32,000 nucleotides of DNA. Origin: Azoarcus sp. GTDB lineage: Bacteria; Pseudomonadota; Gammaproteobacteria; Burkholderiales; Rhodocyclaceae. The translations under genes and the position numbers were made by a program. The notes beneath the pieces are model-generated. The model was not told the origin of the DNA, searched no databases, and saw only the letters and a program-made list of their open reading frames with translations. Where the stretch lies: assembly GCA_031285965.1 (NCBI GenBank), contig JAITVD010000003.1, positions 9,723-41,722 on the forward strand, given 5' to 3'. Shown piece by piece: positions 14,628 to 24,877 of the stretch. The number at the start of each line of letters is the position of its first letter. Positions within the stretch are counted from its first letter, which is position 1.

Positions 14628-15857
14628 ATGGCACTGATTGTCCAGAAATACGGCGGCACGTCGGTAGGCAGCCCTGATCGCATCAAGAACGTCGCCAAGA
14701 GAGTCGCAAAATTTCACGCGCAGGGGCATCAGGTCGTCGTCGTCGTCTCCGCGATGAGCGGCGAAACCAATCGGCTGCTTGCCCTCGCCAAAGATCTGGC
14801 ATCGTCTCCCGACCCGCGCGAGCTGGACATGGTGGTTTCCACTGGCGAGCAAGTCACCATCGGCTTGCTTGCGATGGCGCTGCAAGCGATAGGCGTTCCC
14901 GCAAAAAGTTATACGGGCGGTCAAGTAAAAATCCTGACTGACGATGCCTATACCAAGGCACGCATCCTCAATATCGACGATGCCGCCCTGCGCCGTGACC
15001 TGTCTGACGGCAAAGTTGTCATCGTGGCCGGGTTTCAGGGTGTCGATGCCGACGGCAATATCACGACTCTTGGCCGGGGCGGTTCCGATACGACTGGCGT
15101 CGCGCTCGCTGCGGCCTTGTGCGCCGATGAATGCCAGATATACACCGACGTTGATGGTGTCTACACCACCGATCCGCGCATCGTGCCCGAAGCGCGCAAG
15201 CTGGATGTCATCACCTTTGAAGAAATGCTGGAAATGGCAAGTCTTGGCTCCAAGGTGCTGCAAATCCGTTCAGTCGAATTCGCCGGCAAATATAAGGTCA
15301 AGTTGCGCGTGCTCTCCAGTTTTGAAGAAAACCAAGGCGAAGGCACGCTCATCACCGTTGAGGAAAATAAAAGCATGGAACAACCCATCATCTCAGGGAT
15401 CGCTTTCAACCGCGACGAAGCCAAGATTACCGTCCAAGGCGCTCCCGACCAGCCGGGCATCGCCTATCAGATACTTGGTCCGGTGGCGGAGGCCAATATC
15501 GATGTCGACATGATTATCCAGAACTCCGGGCACGATGGCCTCACTGACTTCTCCTTTACGGTCGCCCGCGCCGATCTGGACAAAACGGTTGGCGTGCTCG
15601 ACCGCGTCAAGGCTGTCGTCAATGCCCAAGCCATCGAAACCGATAAAAGCCTGTGCAAGGTTTCGATCATCGGCGTTGGCATGCGCTCGCATCCGGGTGT
15701 GGCCGCGAAAATGTTCCGCGCCCTCTCGGAGGAAGGCATCAACATCAACATGATCTCTACCTCCGAAATCAAAATTTCCGTCGTCATAGAGGAAAAATAT
15801 CTTGAATTGGCCGTGCGTGTGCTGCACGAAGTATTCGAGCTAGATAGCGCCAATTGA
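14628..15857 (+). CDS. lysC: Aspartate kinase
   Basis: [14 protein letters not shown]..., [12 protein letters not shown], and C-terminal tandem ACT domains. I used the ATG at 14628. The track ORF start at 14550 would read through the tRNA fragment. Confidence 0.9.
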   Translation: MALIVQKYGGTSVGSPDRIKNVAKRVAKFHAQGHQVVVVVSAMSGETNRLLALAKDLASSPDPRELDMVVSTGEQVTIGLLAMALQAIGVPAKSYTGGQVKILTDDAYTKARILNIDDAALRRDLSDGKVVIVAGFQGVDADGNITTLGRGGSDTTGVALAAALCADECQIYTDVDGVYTTDPRIVPEARKLDVITFEEMLEMASLGSKVLQIRSVEFAGKYKVKLRVLSSFEENQGEGTLITVEENKSMEQPIISGIAFNRDEAKITVQGAPDQPGIAYQILGPVAEANIDVDMIIQNSGHDGLTDFSFTVARADLDKTVGVLDRVKAVVNAQAIETDKSLCKVSIIGVGMRSHPGVAAKMFRALSEEGININMISTSEIKISVVIEEKYLELAVRVLHEVFELDSAN

Positions 15858-15871
15858 GTGGGTAGCTAAAA

Positions 15872-15900
15872 TTGACCTTCTTGCGGCAAGCCGATATAGT
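15872..15900 (+). promoter_or_regulatory. Sigma-70 promoter for tRNA-Ser
   Basis: TTGACC, a 17-nt spacer, and TATAGT, followed by the GC-rich discriminator TGCCGCCC. The tRNA starts 14 nt after the -10. Confidence 0.5.
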
Positions 15901-15913
15901 TGCCGCCCTGAAC

Positions 15914-16006
15914 GGAGACGTGGCCGAGAGGTCGAAGGCACTCCCCTGCTAAGGGAGCATGCGGGCAAAACCTGCATCGAGGGTTCGAATCCCTCCGTCT
16001 CCGCCA
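15914..16006 (+). tRNA. tRNA-Ser (anticodon GCT), class II with a long variable arm
   Basis: Acceptor GGAGACG/CGTCTCC, anticodon stem CTCCC/GGGAG with loop CTGCTAA, long extra arm, T-arm GAGGG TTCGAAT CCCTC, and an encoded CCA. Confidence 0.9.
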
Positions 16007-16378
16007 AATATTAAATAAATCAATAAGTTATAAACAAAAAGATTCCATTCTCTCACATAGTTCCCACAAAAAATTTTCCTGCAATTCCCTACCCGATGTC
16101 TGCCTGCGGATGCTCCGGTTTGCCAGAGCAGTGAGAGGCGTTGGCGGCTCAAGCGATGCTCTCAGCACAAGGGCAGGCTGCTCTAGCCAAATAAACAGAA
16201 GATTGCGGAAACGGTCTGAACAATCACCCAGACAATCTGGATTTAATAGATTTTCTATGCCTTACCCTGTTAAAGTGTCATATCAAGTCGGGTCATGGAC
16301 ATTTCAAAGCGGAGGATATTCTTGTAAATATGCTGCTAGCATCGTTGTTGATATCACGCTATTTCAGAGGTTAAATTC

Positions 16379-17062
16379 ATGTCATTGTCGTCTGATTATA
16401 CGATTGAGATGCACGGAATTAGTAAATGCTTTCCTTTTGGCGAGGAGAGTATTTGTGCTATTGATCATGTCTCTCTTCAAGTCCATAAAGGTTCATTTGC
16501 GGCAATTTGCGGTCCTTCTGGTAGTGGGAAAAGTACCTTACTCAATATATGTGGTCTGATCGACACTTTTAATGAAGGTCGATATCTCTTAAATAAGACT
16601 GATATAGGCATATTGAATGAATCTGATCGTACAAAACTTCGTCGCAAAGAAATCGGATTTATTTTTCAGAGCTATAACTTAATACCTGTGATGAATGTAT
16701 TTGATAATATTTCATATCCTCTACATCTCTTAGGGGAAAGTAAATCGCAAATAAAGTCGAAAACATTTGAAATTCTAGAACAAGTCGGTTTAGCAAAATT
16801 AGCAGCCAGAATTCCAGATCAACTGTCTGGCGGTCAGCGGCAACGTGTAGCTATTGCACGTGCACTCATAAAACATCCAAAGCTAATTATTGCAGATGAG
16901 CCAACCGCAAATCTTGATACAAAAACTGCTGAAATTATTATTGCTCTCATAAAAGAACTAGGGCAACAATTTTCAACGACTTTTTTAATAGCAACGCATG
17001 ATAAACGAATGGCGCTTCATTGTAATTATATTTATAATATTACTGATGGAGTTTTAGCATGA
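16379..17062 (+). CDS. ABC transporter ATP-binding protein (LolD/MacB-type)
   Basis: Walker A GPSGSGKST, signature LSGGQRQRVAIARAL, Walker B LIIADEPT, and an H-loop ATHD. Confidence 0.9.
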   Translation: MSLSSDYTIEMHGISKCFPFGEESICAIDHVSLQVHKGSFAAICGPSGSGKSTLLNICGLIDTFNEGRYLLNKTDIGILNESDRTKLRRKEIGFIFQSYNLIPVMNVFDNISYPLHLLGESKSQIKSKTFEILEQVGLAKLAARIPDQLSGGQRQRVAIARALIKHPKLIIADEPTANLDTKTAEIIIALIKELGQQFSTTFLIATHDKRMALHCNYIYNITDGVLA

Positions 17063-18217
17063 ATGCTTTATTGTTTGCATGTAAAAATGTTTTGCGTAAT
17101 CGTAGGAGATCAGTTACAACCATTTTTGTTGCCGCTATTGGCTGTGCTGCTCTTCTGATTGCAGGCGGGTTTACTTTATATACTTACGAGATGTTAGTGG
17201 ACAATGCCGTAAGAGAATCAGGACATATTACTATTGCCGATAAACGCTTTTTTGTCGATGAAGAAGAAACGCCAATGCAATTTGGTATTGATCATTCGGT
17301 AGACAGGACTTTTATCGAATGATGATAAATCTGTTATTTTTTCTGCTATAGGTGCAAATATAAGCGAAGAAGTCCATGCTAGAGGTGCTTTTTTGAAAAG
17401 CGTGGAAGGAAACATCAATGAAAATATGAATATAGATGATATACCTAGGATTTTTATTGGTAAAGAGCTTGCCCGTAGTTTAAAGGCTCATATTGGCAGC
17501 AATCTCACTATAATGACAACTACTACAACTGGAAGTATGAATGCGATGGATGTTGTTGTTTCTGCGATTATTACAACTGGTTGGCATGAAGCGGATAAAC
17601 GTTTGATATTGCTTGATATTAAACATGCGCAACGTCTATTGATGACGGATAAGGTAAACACCTTATCTATTTACTTATTTGAAAGCAGTCGCATTAATAA
17701 AATGCAAGAAAATCTCTTATCTTTTGATGCTGACAAGCTAGCAACTAGGCCTTGGAGCGAGCAAGCTTTTTATTATGCTTCGGTTAAAGCTCTATACAAT
17801 AGGATTTTTGGTCTATTGGGTATTATTATCATGATGCTTGTATTGTTTTCTGTTGCTAACACACTGTCGTCATCTGTTATAGAAAGAACTAGAGAAATTG
17901 GTACATTCAGGGCACTTGGCAGTCATCCCTATGAAATAATAACACAATTTGTACATGAAGGAATGCTAATTGGAGTATTTGGAATATTAATCGGCAATAT
18001 GATAGCACTCATTATTGCTTCATTATTACCGTATTTTGGATTAGAAATGCCGCCACCTCCAGGACGTTCGATAGGCTATCCATTATTGGTAAGTACTCCA
18101 CTTTTTCTGTACATGTTTGTTGACATGTTAATTGTTTCGTTATGTTGCATCGCTGCATTCTATTCAAGTAGAAAGGCGGTACGTATGCAAATTATGGAGG
18201 CATTGCGTCATGTTTAA
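17059..18217 (+). pseudogene. FtsX/MacB-type ABC permease, split by a frameshift near 17303-17319
   Basis: ORF 17059-17322 gives TM1 plus the start of the periplasmic domain. The shifted frame is open from 17303 and carries the rest of the periplasmic domain and the FtsX TM2-4 region (..ERTREIGTFRALGS..). The ATGA-type overlap with the ATPase gene at 17059-17062 is intact. Confidence 0.7.
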
Positions 18218-19021
18218 GTACGGTATTATTTTTATTTTTATATCCTCTAACTATGTATATGCGAGCGATGGCAACCATATACTTCGCGAAGTGGATTCAT
18301 TCAGACTGCCAGATGGTTCTGTTCGTGTGGAAACAGAAGTCAAACTCTATCGTAATGATAAATTTGATAAAGAGCGTCATTACACTGTTTATATTAAACC
18401 TCCACGTCGTTCATTAGTTCTTATGAAATCGCCGATGGAAGTTGGGCAGAAATTATTAATGCTTGGGGAAAAGTTTTGGTTACTAACGGCAGATAGTCAA
18501 CGACCATTACGTATTACTTCCAGCCAGAAATTACTTGGTGAAGCATCAACAGGTGATATCGCAAATATGACTTGGAGCGAAGACTATACTGGAGGCATTA
18601 CTGCTGAGGTTGCTTGTCCAGAATTTCCAACAACACTTAGTAATATTGAATTTCATGTTTCTACAAAATTTTCTTCTTGTATGCAGTTAAATTTAAAAGG
18701 AAATGTTGAAAGTTTAACATATTCTGATATCACTCTTTATGTTGATAAGAATACTAAATTCCCTGTTAAAGCTGAGCTATTTGTTAATTCAGGAAAAAAG
18801 CTAAGGATGCATGGTATCTAAAACTAAGTAATAATAACAAAAAGTATATTGATACGATGATTTTATTTGATAGCATTCAGACGACACGATATACGGTTAT
18901 TACATATAAAAGCATTGAAAATAAAGAATGTCCTGATGAATTTTTTAATCCTGCCGCGTTAATTCACAACACATTACATGGATGGTGGTTTGTAAAATAT
19001 TTACGAAAAATTTTCAATTAG
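18210..19021 (+). pseudogene. LolA-like outer-membrane lipoprotein-sorting protein, frameshifted in an A6 run
   Basis: Signal peptide MFKYGIIFIFISSNYVYA and a LolA-like core (..PMEVGQKLLMLGEKFWLLTADSQRPLRITSSQKLLGEASTGDI..). The frame stops at 18819-18821, but another frame is open from 18788 to 19021 (KKAKDAWYLKLSNNNKKYIDTMILFDSIQTTRYTVITYKSIENKECPDEFFNP...), switching at AAAAAA 18794-18799. Confidence 0.6.
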
Positions 19022-19158
19022 AAACAATTTAGAATTACCTCTTCAATTGGATAGCGTTGTAATGTAAACAACATTTAGCATGAGGAGAGAAAAAGGGATA
19101 ATTAATGATAAGAGTGAGCATTTCAACTGTAATGAATTATTGTTAGCCCTAATAACAC

Positions 19159-19196
19159 AAAAATGCCCCCTCCCAAAAACAGGAGGAGGCATTTTT
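19159..19196 (-). terminator. Intrinsic terminator of dnaJ
   Basis: On the minus-strand RNA, AUGCCUCCUCCU-GUUUUU-GGGAGGGGGCAU forms 12 bp including two G-U pairs, followed by U5. On the + strand the same positions would be C-A mismatches, so the structure is strand-specific. Confidence 0.75.
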
Positions 19197-19227
19197 GCAG
19201 CGTTCGTCTCTGTGTCCGCTTTCCTGC

Positions 19228-20337
19228 CTACGACCCAAAGAAAGCCTTGACTTTGTCCATCCAGGATTTTGCTTTTGGATTGTGGTGGTCGGCGTTGCTG
19301 CGGGAGATTTCGTCGAATTCCCAGAGCAGTTCGCGCTGGCGCTCGGTGAGGTTGACCGGCGTCTCTACCAAGACGTGACAGAGCAGGTCGCCATGCGAGT
19401 GGGTGCGCACGTTTTTGATGCCTTTGCCGCGCAGGCGGAAGACTTTCCCGCTTTGCGTTTCCGCCGGAATTTTCAGGCGGGCCATGCCTTCCAGAGTGGG
19501 AATCTCAATTTCCCCGCCAAGGGCTGCGGTGGTGAAGCTGATTGGCATTTCGCAGTGCAGGTCGTCATGCTCGCGCTCGAATACCGAATGGCGGCGGATG
19601 TGGATTTCTACGTAAAGGTCGCCGGGAGGGCCGCCGTTGACGCCCGGCTCGCCGTGGTTGGCGTGGCGCATGCGCATGCCTTCGTCAATGCCGGGGGGAA
19701 TTTTGACTTCGAGGGTTTTTTGCCGCTTCACGCGGCCAGCCGCGCCGCATTCGGGGCAGGGGTCTGGGATGATGCGGCCCGAGCCGTGGCAGCGGGGGCA
19801 GGGTTGTTGGAGCGAGAAAAAACCTTGTTGGATGCGCATCTGGCCCGAGCCGCCGCAGCTTGGGCAGGTGGTGGCGTGGGTTCCGGGCTTTGCGCCGGAG
19901 CCGCCGCAGGTGTCGCATTCCTCGACGGTGGGGATGCGGATGGTTTTTTCCACGCCGTGCGCCGCTTCTTCGAGGGAGATTTCGAGGTTGTAGCGCAAAT
20001 CTGCGCCGCGATAGACGTTCGAGCGCCCGCGCCCGCCGCCGCCGAAAAGGTCGCCGAAAATATCGGAGAAGGCATCGCCAAAGCCTTCAAAGCCACTGCC
20101 GCCGGAGGAGGAGTCGATGCCCGCGTGGCCGAAGCGGTCATAAGTGTCGCGCTTCTTCGCGTCGGACAGTATTTCGTAGGCTTCTTTGGCTTCCTTGAAT
20201 TTTTCCTCGGCTTCCTTGTCGTTGGGGTTGCGGTCTGGATGGTATTTCATCGCCAGCTTGCGATACGCCTTTTTGATGACATCGTCATTGGCATCGCGGT
20301 TGACCCCGAGGATGGCGTAATAGTCTTTCTTGGGCAT
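19228..20337 (-). CDS. dnaJ: Molecular chaperone DnaJ
   Basis: J-domain with HPDRN, a G/F-rich region, and four CxxCxGxG zinc-finger repeats. Confidence 0.95.
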   Translation of the reverse strand: MPKKDYYAILGVNRDANDDVIKKAYRKLAMKYHPDRNPNDKEAEEKFKEAKEAYEILSDAKKRDTYDRFGHAGIDSSSGGSGFEGFGDAFSDIFGDLFGGGGRGRSNVYRGADLRYNLEISLEEAAHGVEKTIRIPTVEECDTCGGSGAKPGTHATTCPSCGGSGQMRIQQGFFSLQQPCPRCHGSGRIIPDPCPECGAAGRVKRQKTLEVKIPPGIDEGMRMRHANHGEPGVNGGPPGDLYVEIHIRRHSVFEREHDDLHCEMPISFTTAALGGEIEIPTLEGMARLKIPAETQSGKVFRLRGKGIKNVRTHSHGDLLCHVLVETPVNLTERQRELLWEFDEISRSNADHHNPKAKSWMDKVKAFFGS

Positions 20338-20442
20338 TGTTCAGATGACCTTTCGGCTTGCCGCAGACACGGCAACGGGGATGGCGGCGCATCCCCGTTT
20401 TAATGAGTGGAAAAAGTGTTGCGCTGGCAAAGATGCCGCCTG

Positions 20443-22365
20443 TTATTTCTTGTCTTTCACTTCGGTGAATTCGGCATCGACAACATCGGCTTCTTTGGCC
20501 GCGCCGCTATCGTCCGGCTGCGCGCCGGATTGCGCGCCCGCTGTTTGCTGCTGCGCGTACATGGCTTCGCCGAGTTTCTGGGCCGCTGCGGCAAGAGCCT
20601 GCGATTTGGCTTCGATACGCGCCTTGTCGTCGCCTTTGAGCGCCTCTTCGGCTTCTTTGATGGCGGCTTCAATTTTGTCTTTTTCGCTCGCGTCAATCTT
20701 GTCGCCGTATTCCTTGAGCGCCTTGCGGGTTTCGTGAATCCTGCTGTCGCATTCGTTTCGGGCGCTGACCATGTCGTGCGCTTTTTTATCCTCCTCGGCG
20801 TGGGCGGCGGCATCCTGCACCATGCGCTGGATTTCATCGTCCGAGAGGCCGGAATTGGCCTTGATGGTGATTTTGTTTTCCTTGCCGGTGGCTTTGTCCT
20901 TGGCCGATACGTGCAGGATGCCGTTGGCGTCGATGTCGAACGTGACTTCGATTTGCGGCATGCCGCGCGGGGCGGGCGGGATGTCGCTGAGGTTGAACTG
21001 CCCCAGGCTCTTGTTGCCCACGACCATTTCGCGCTCGCCTTGCAGCACGTGGATGGTGACGGCGGACTGATTGTCGTCGGCGGTGGAGAACACTTGGCTC
21101 GCCTTGGTGGGGATGGTGGTGTTCTTCTGGATGAGCTTGGTCATGACGCCGCCCAGCGTTTCAATGCCAAGGGAGAGCGGCGTCACGTCGAGCAAGAGCA
21201 CGTCTTTGACCTCGCCTTGCAGCACGCCGGCCTGGATGGACGCGCCTACGGCCACGGCTTCGTCGGGATTCACGTCCTTGCGGGCTTCCTTGCCGAAGAA
21301 TTCCTTCACCTTTTCCTGCACTTTGGGCATCCGGGACTGGCCGCCGACGAGAATCACGTCATCGATGTCAGTGACTTTGAGTCCCGCGTCCTTGATGGCG
21401 ACGCGGCAGGGTTCAATCGTGCGCTCGATGAGGTCTTCCACCAGCGCCTCGAACTTGGCGCGGGTAATCTTCATCGTCAGGTGCTTCGGCCCCGTGGCAT
21501 CCGCCGTGATGTAGGGCAGGTTGATTTCGGTCTGCTGGCCGGAAGACAGTTCGATTTTCGCCTTCTCTGCGCCTTCCTTTAGGCGCTGAAGGGCGAGCAC
21601 ATCGTTTTTCAGGTCGACGCCCTGTTCTTTTTTGAACTCGGTGACGATGTAGTCGATGATGCGCTGGTCGAAATCTTCGCCGCCCAAGAAGGTGTCGCCG
21701 TTGGTGGAGAGCACTTCAAACTGGTGCTCGCCGTCGATGTCGGCAATCTCGATGATGGAGATGTCAAATGTGCCGCCGCCGAGGTCATAGACAGCGATTT
21801 TGGAATCGCCGGGCTTCTTGTCTATGCCGAAGGCGAGCGCGGCTGCCGTCGGCTCGTTGATGATGCGGCGCACTTCCAGACCGGCAATCTTGCCTGCGTC
21901 CTTGGTGGCTTGGCGCTGGCTGTCGTTGAAATAGGCAGGAACGGTGATGACGGCTTCGGTCACTTCTTCGCCAAGGTAGTCCTCGGCGGTTTTCTTCATC
22001 TTGCGCAGCACTTCGGCGGAGACTTGCGGCGGGGCGATTTTCTTGTCGCGTGCCTTGACCCAGGCGTCGCCGTTGTCAGCCTTGACGATTTCAAAAGGCA
22101 TCAGGTCGATGTCCTTTTGCACGGCTTTTTCGTCAAAGCGTCGGCCAATCAGGCGCTTGACCGCGAAAAGGGTGTTTCTGGCGTTGGTCACGGCTTGGCG
22201 CTTGGCGGGCGCGCCGACTAGAATTTCGTTGTCATCGGCATAGGCCACGACAGACGGCGTGGTGCGCGCACCTTCGGAATTTTCGATGACTTTGGGCTTG
22301 CCGCCTTCCATGACGGAAACACAGCTATTGGTGGTTCCGAGGTCGATTCCGATGATTTTGCTCAT
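20443..22365 (-). CDS. dnaK: Molecular chaperone DnaK (Hsp70)
   Basis: [17 protein letters not shown], and the full 640-aa Hsp70 architecture. Confidence 0.97.
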   Translation of the reverse strand: MSKIIGIDLGTTNSCVSVMEGGKPKVIENSEGARTTPSVVAYADDNEILVGAPAKRQAVTNARNTLFAVKRLIGRRFDEKAVQKDIDLMPFEIVKADNGDAWVKARDKKIAPPQVSAEVLRKMKKTAEDYLGEEVTEAVITVPAYFNDSQRQATKDAGKIAGLEVRRIINEPTAAALAFGIDKKPGDSKIAVYDLGGGTFDISIIEIADIDGEHQFEVLSTNGDTFLGGEDFDQRIIDYIVTEFKKEQGVDLKNDVLALQRLKEGAEKAKIELSSGQQTEINLPYITADATGPKHLTMKITRAKFEALVEDLIERTIEPCRVAIKDAGLKVTDIDDVILVGGQSRMPKVQEKVKEFFGKEARKDVNPDEAVAVGASIQAGVLQGEVKDVLLLDVTPLSLGIETLGGVMTKLIQKNTTIPTKASQVFSTADDNQSAVTIHVLQGEREMVVGNKSLGQFNLSDIPPAPRGMPQIEVTFDIDANGILHVSAKDKATGKENKITIKANSGLSDDEIQRMVQDAAAHAEEDKKAHDMVSARNECDSRIHETRKALKEYGDKIDASEKDKIEAAIKEAEEALKGDDKARIEAKSQALAAAAQKLGEAMYAQQQTAGAQSGAQPDDSGAAKEADVVDAEFTEVKDKK

Positions 22366-22431
22366 GGTTCAGATTCCTTTATCTGGGGAAATTGGGTCGT
22401 GGCCGCATTCGCGGCTTATAGATGGAATGGC

Positions 22432-22459
22432 ATATGGGGTGGCGCGTCAGGTTTTCAAG
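22432..22459 (-). promoter_or_regulatory. Sigma-32 (heat-shock) promoter of dnaK
   Basis: The minus strand reads CTTGAAA (22453-22459), a 13-nt spacer, and CCCCATAT (22432-22439). This is an exact match to the E. coli RpoH consensus CTTGAAA-N13-15-CCCCATNT. The -35 overlaps the grpE stop codon. Confidence 0.7.
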
Positions 22460-23201
22460 AGGCTTTCGCCTTCGAGACCATGACCATCGCGGGACGGATG
22501 ACGCGCTCGTGCAGCAGGTAGCCTTTTTGCAGGACGTTGATGACCGTATTGGGTTCGGCGTCGGATTCGAGCGTGCCGATGGCCTCATGCTTATGCGGGT
22601 CGAATTTTTGGTTGAGAGGATTTTCTTCGGCAAGGCTCGCGCCCTCGAACGCGGCGGCAAGCTGCTTCAAGGTGAGTTCCATGCCTTCGTGCAGGGCTTC
22701 TAGCGTTTGCCCGCTGGCGGACAGCGCCGCTTCGAGGCTGTCCTTGACCGGCAGCATCGCCTTGGCGAATTTCTCTGCGGCGAATTTCGAGGCTTTGGTG
22801 ACATCTTCCTGCGCCCGTCGGCGCACGTTTTCGGTTTCCGCCTTGGCTCGCAACCAAGCGTCATGCTGCTCTGCGGCACGGGCTTCGGCTTCCTCGATGC
22901 GCGTTTGCGCTTCCCTGACATGCGCTTCCAATTCGGCGATACGCGCTTCCGTATCTTTGGGCGCGTCGGCGGGGACGATGCCGGGTTCGGCGGGCGGTTC
23001 GGTTTCGGCAGGAGGAGGGGCTTCCGTGCCTTTGTCTGCGGCAAGCGGCGGGATGTAGGGTTCAATCCGCGCGCTGAACTGTTTTTCGGCTCCGCCGACG
23101 CGCATTTCCGCGCCTTTGGGCGTGGCGGCGGAATCAGCGTTCTTTTTGATACCCGGTTCGTGGCTGGGCGGTTCCGGGGGCGTGGGTCGATGCGGCTGCA
23201 T
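22455..23201 (-). CDS. grpE: Nucleotide exchange factor GrpE (long Pro/Ala/Glu-rich N-terminal extension)
   Basis: The C-terminal two-thirds is canonical GrpE (..[14 protein letters not shown]...FDPHKHEAI...[16 protein letters not shown]). ATG at 23201 lies about 30 nt downstream of the predicted heat-shock promoter. A later start (M33) cannot be excluded. Confidence 0.85.
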   Translation of the reverse strand: MQPHRPTPPEPPSHEPGIKKNADSAATPKGAEMRVGGAEKQFSARIEPYIPPLAADKGTEAPPPAETEPPAEPGIVPADAPKDTEARIAELEAHVREAQTRIEEAEARAAEQHDAWLRAKAETENVRRRAQEDVTKASKFAAEKFAKAMLPVKDSLEAALSASGQTLEALHEGMELTLKQLAAAFEGASLAEENPLNQKFDPHKHEAIGTLESDAEPNTVINVLQKGYLLHERVIRPAMVMVSKAKAS

Positions 23202-23237
23202 GGGCGGTCAATCCTCAAAATGCGATCCAGTTTCCGC

Positions 23238-23265
23238 ATATTGGGATGGCGCGAAAGATTTCAAG
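23238..23265 (-). promoter_or_regulatory. Sigma-32 (heat-shock) promoter of grpE
   Basis: The minus strand reads CTTGAAA (23259-23265), a 13-nt spacer, and CCCAATAT (23238-23245). Confidence 0.6.
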
Positions 23266-23401
23266 TCCTTAAATAGAGAATATCTTTATCTCTATGTCTT
23301 GTTATCCTCAGCGCGTTTTCGGGATTTATGGCAACTTGGTTTTGTGCCGGATGGGTACAATTTTCTTGCCATAACTGCCGTCTATACGTAATTATCATGA
23401 A

Positions 23402-24877
23402 ATGACCAAACGACTCTTCGCCTGTGCCATCTGTTGTTTCATGTTGCCCAGCGCGGCTTCCATGCCCGCGCAGCCTACGATGCAGGGCGAGCCTGCCGTC
23501 AACGTGCGGGACGATGAAACCAACGCGCTGCGCTTGGTTGATGCCGTGCGGCTTGGGCTTGCCAACAACAGTGAAATCCGCGCCGCGTATCTCGACCGCG
23601 TTGCGCAAAAAGCCATGCTGCGGACGGCGGAAGAGCGTTTTTCCCCGAAACTTTCGCTCAACAGCAGCCATATCGTTAGCCAAAACCCGCTTGAGCAGGG
23701 CAGCCAGACGGAATTTTCCCCGACGGCCACGATGCAAAGCGAGACGGGCGCGCGTTTCAGCCTGTCTTGGAACAACCGGATTAGCCAGAGCGAAAGCGGA
23801 ATCGCCAGCCGGGATGACGGGGCGAGCTTTACGGTGGTTCAGCCGTTGATGCGCGGGGCGGGGCGGGATGTCGTTACCGCGCCCTTGCGGCAAGCGAGAA
23901 TCAACGAACAGATCAATCATCTGAACCTGAAAACCACCGTTTCGGAAATCGTCACGCAAATCATTTTTGCGTACCACGAAGTGCTGCGCGCCCAAGAACA
24001 GTCCCGGCTGGCGCAGGAGGCGTTGTCTCGGGCGCGGCGCTCGATGGCGTTCGATGTTTACAAGGCGGCAGCCGGTTATTGGCTCGAATCCGACTTTACG
24101 GGGCTTGTCCATGCCGAGGCCGATGTCGCCAGCCGGGAGATGGCGCTCGAAGAAGCGGGGAGGCGGCTCGATGTTGGCCGCGAGCGGCTGCTGCGCTTGC
24201 TTGGGCTGGATGCCAACATAAAAATCCATGCCATCGACGCGCTTGAAGCCCGGCAAGTCAAGGCGGGAACCGCCAAAACGTTTGCCGCCGCGCTCAAGCA
24301 GCAACCGGGCTATTTGATACAGCATCTTGTTGCCGAACAGGCAAATATCGAATTGCTCGTGGCGCGAGACCAGCGGCAATGGGATGTTTCGCTGGTCGGC
24401 AAAGCCAGCCAGATGCGCAATGCCACATCGGGCATGGCAATCAGCCAGGTCAGCCAGAGCCGGGACAACCACGCGGGCATCCGCGTTGATATTCCGATTG
24501 GGGATTCCACGCCCCGCCAGACCGAAGTACGCGCCCGCGTCAATGCCAGAAACCAGGATTCGCGGCTGACCGACGCGCGTAAGGCGCTTGAGCGCGACAT
24601 CGCCAACGGCGTGCGCAATCTGGATGCGCGTTGGCGGCAGTACGAAGCCGCCCGCCGCTTGCTCGAATTGGCGCGGGCGAAGCTGGAGGCCGAGCGTGAA
24701 CGGGCAAAAAATGTGGTGTCGGATAGCTTCCGTGGGCTTGTTTTCGAGTCCGATCTGTACAACGCCGAAATGGCCCGCCTCGACGCGCTGATTGCCTACC
24801 GCGACGCTTTGGCCTCGCTCGATAAGGTTTCGGGAACCACTTTAGAGAGTTGGGAAATCGAGCTTAACGACGACTAG
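23402..24877 (+). CDS. TolC-family outer membrane efflux protein
   Basis: Signal peptide and two OEP repeats (L.L.DAV.LGL.NN.EIRAA...; ...A..NL..AR..YEAA...L..A...LE). 491 aa. No cognate pump genes are adjacent in this window. Confidence 0.8.
   Translation: MTKRLFACAICCFMLPSAASMPAQPTMQGEPAVNVRDDETNALRLVDAVRLGLANNSEIRAAYLDRVAQKAMLRTAEERFSPKLSLNSSHIVSQNPLEQGSQTEFSPTATMQSETGARFSLSWNNRISQSESGIASRDDGASFTVVQPLMRGAGRDVVTAPLRQARINEQINHLNLKTTVSEIVTQIIFAYHEVLRAQEQSRLAQEALSRARRSMAFDVYKAAAGYWLESDFTGLVHAEADVASREMALEEAGRRLDVGRERLLRLLGLDANIKIHAIDALEARQVKAGTAKTFAAALKQQPGYLIQHLVAEQANIELLVARDQRQWDVSLVGKASQMRNATSGMAISQVSQSRDNHAGIRVDIPIGDSTPRQTEVRARVNARNQDSRLTDARKALERDIANGVRNLDARWRQYEAARRLLELARAKLEAERERAKNVVSDSFRGLVFESDLYNAEMARLDALIAYRDALASLDKVSGTTLESWEIELNDD

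Larger units (their letters stand above)
16007..19158. other. AT-rich island (foreign composition) between tRNA-Ser and the dnaJ terminator
   Basis: Sampled 60-nt lines give about 32-38% GC, against about 60% in the flanks. The island starts at the 3' end of a tRNA. I found no integrase or flanking direct repeat. Confidence 0.65.

Noticed and set aside
14301-15263. 320-aa minus-strand ORF across lysC, attR and the integrase 3' end
   Set aside because: It is antisense to lysC and int, so it is not called as a gene. It is kept only because its tail shows what the phage regulator frame would read after excision (see findings).
16040-16200. Possible remnant of a P4-type integrase C-terminus next to tRNA-Ser (minus-strand ..RQRLSLLWQ.. 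faintly resembling ..RRRLMxxWA..)
   Set aside because: There are only about 4 identities over 9 residues, stops lie immediately upstream in that frame, and no catalytic motifs are present. This cannot be supported without a database search.
20374-20401. Hairpin AACGGGGATG-GCGGCG-CATCCCCGTT between dnaK and dnaJ as an intrinsic terminator
   Set aside because: The T-run follows the stem only on the plus strand, which is antisense to the operon. On the coding (minus) strand only two U residues follow. At most it is an mRNA-stabilising or partial pause structure.
19195-21582. Plus-strand ORFs of 402 aa and 391 aa overlapping dnaJ and dnaK
   Set aside because: They are antisense to canonical dnaJ and dnaK. 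They are Ala/Gly/Val/Phe-rich mirror-frame products without motifs.
23261-24472. 403-aa minus-strand ORF
   Set aside because: It is antisense to the TolC-family gene and has Arg/Pro/Gly-rich shadow-frame composition.
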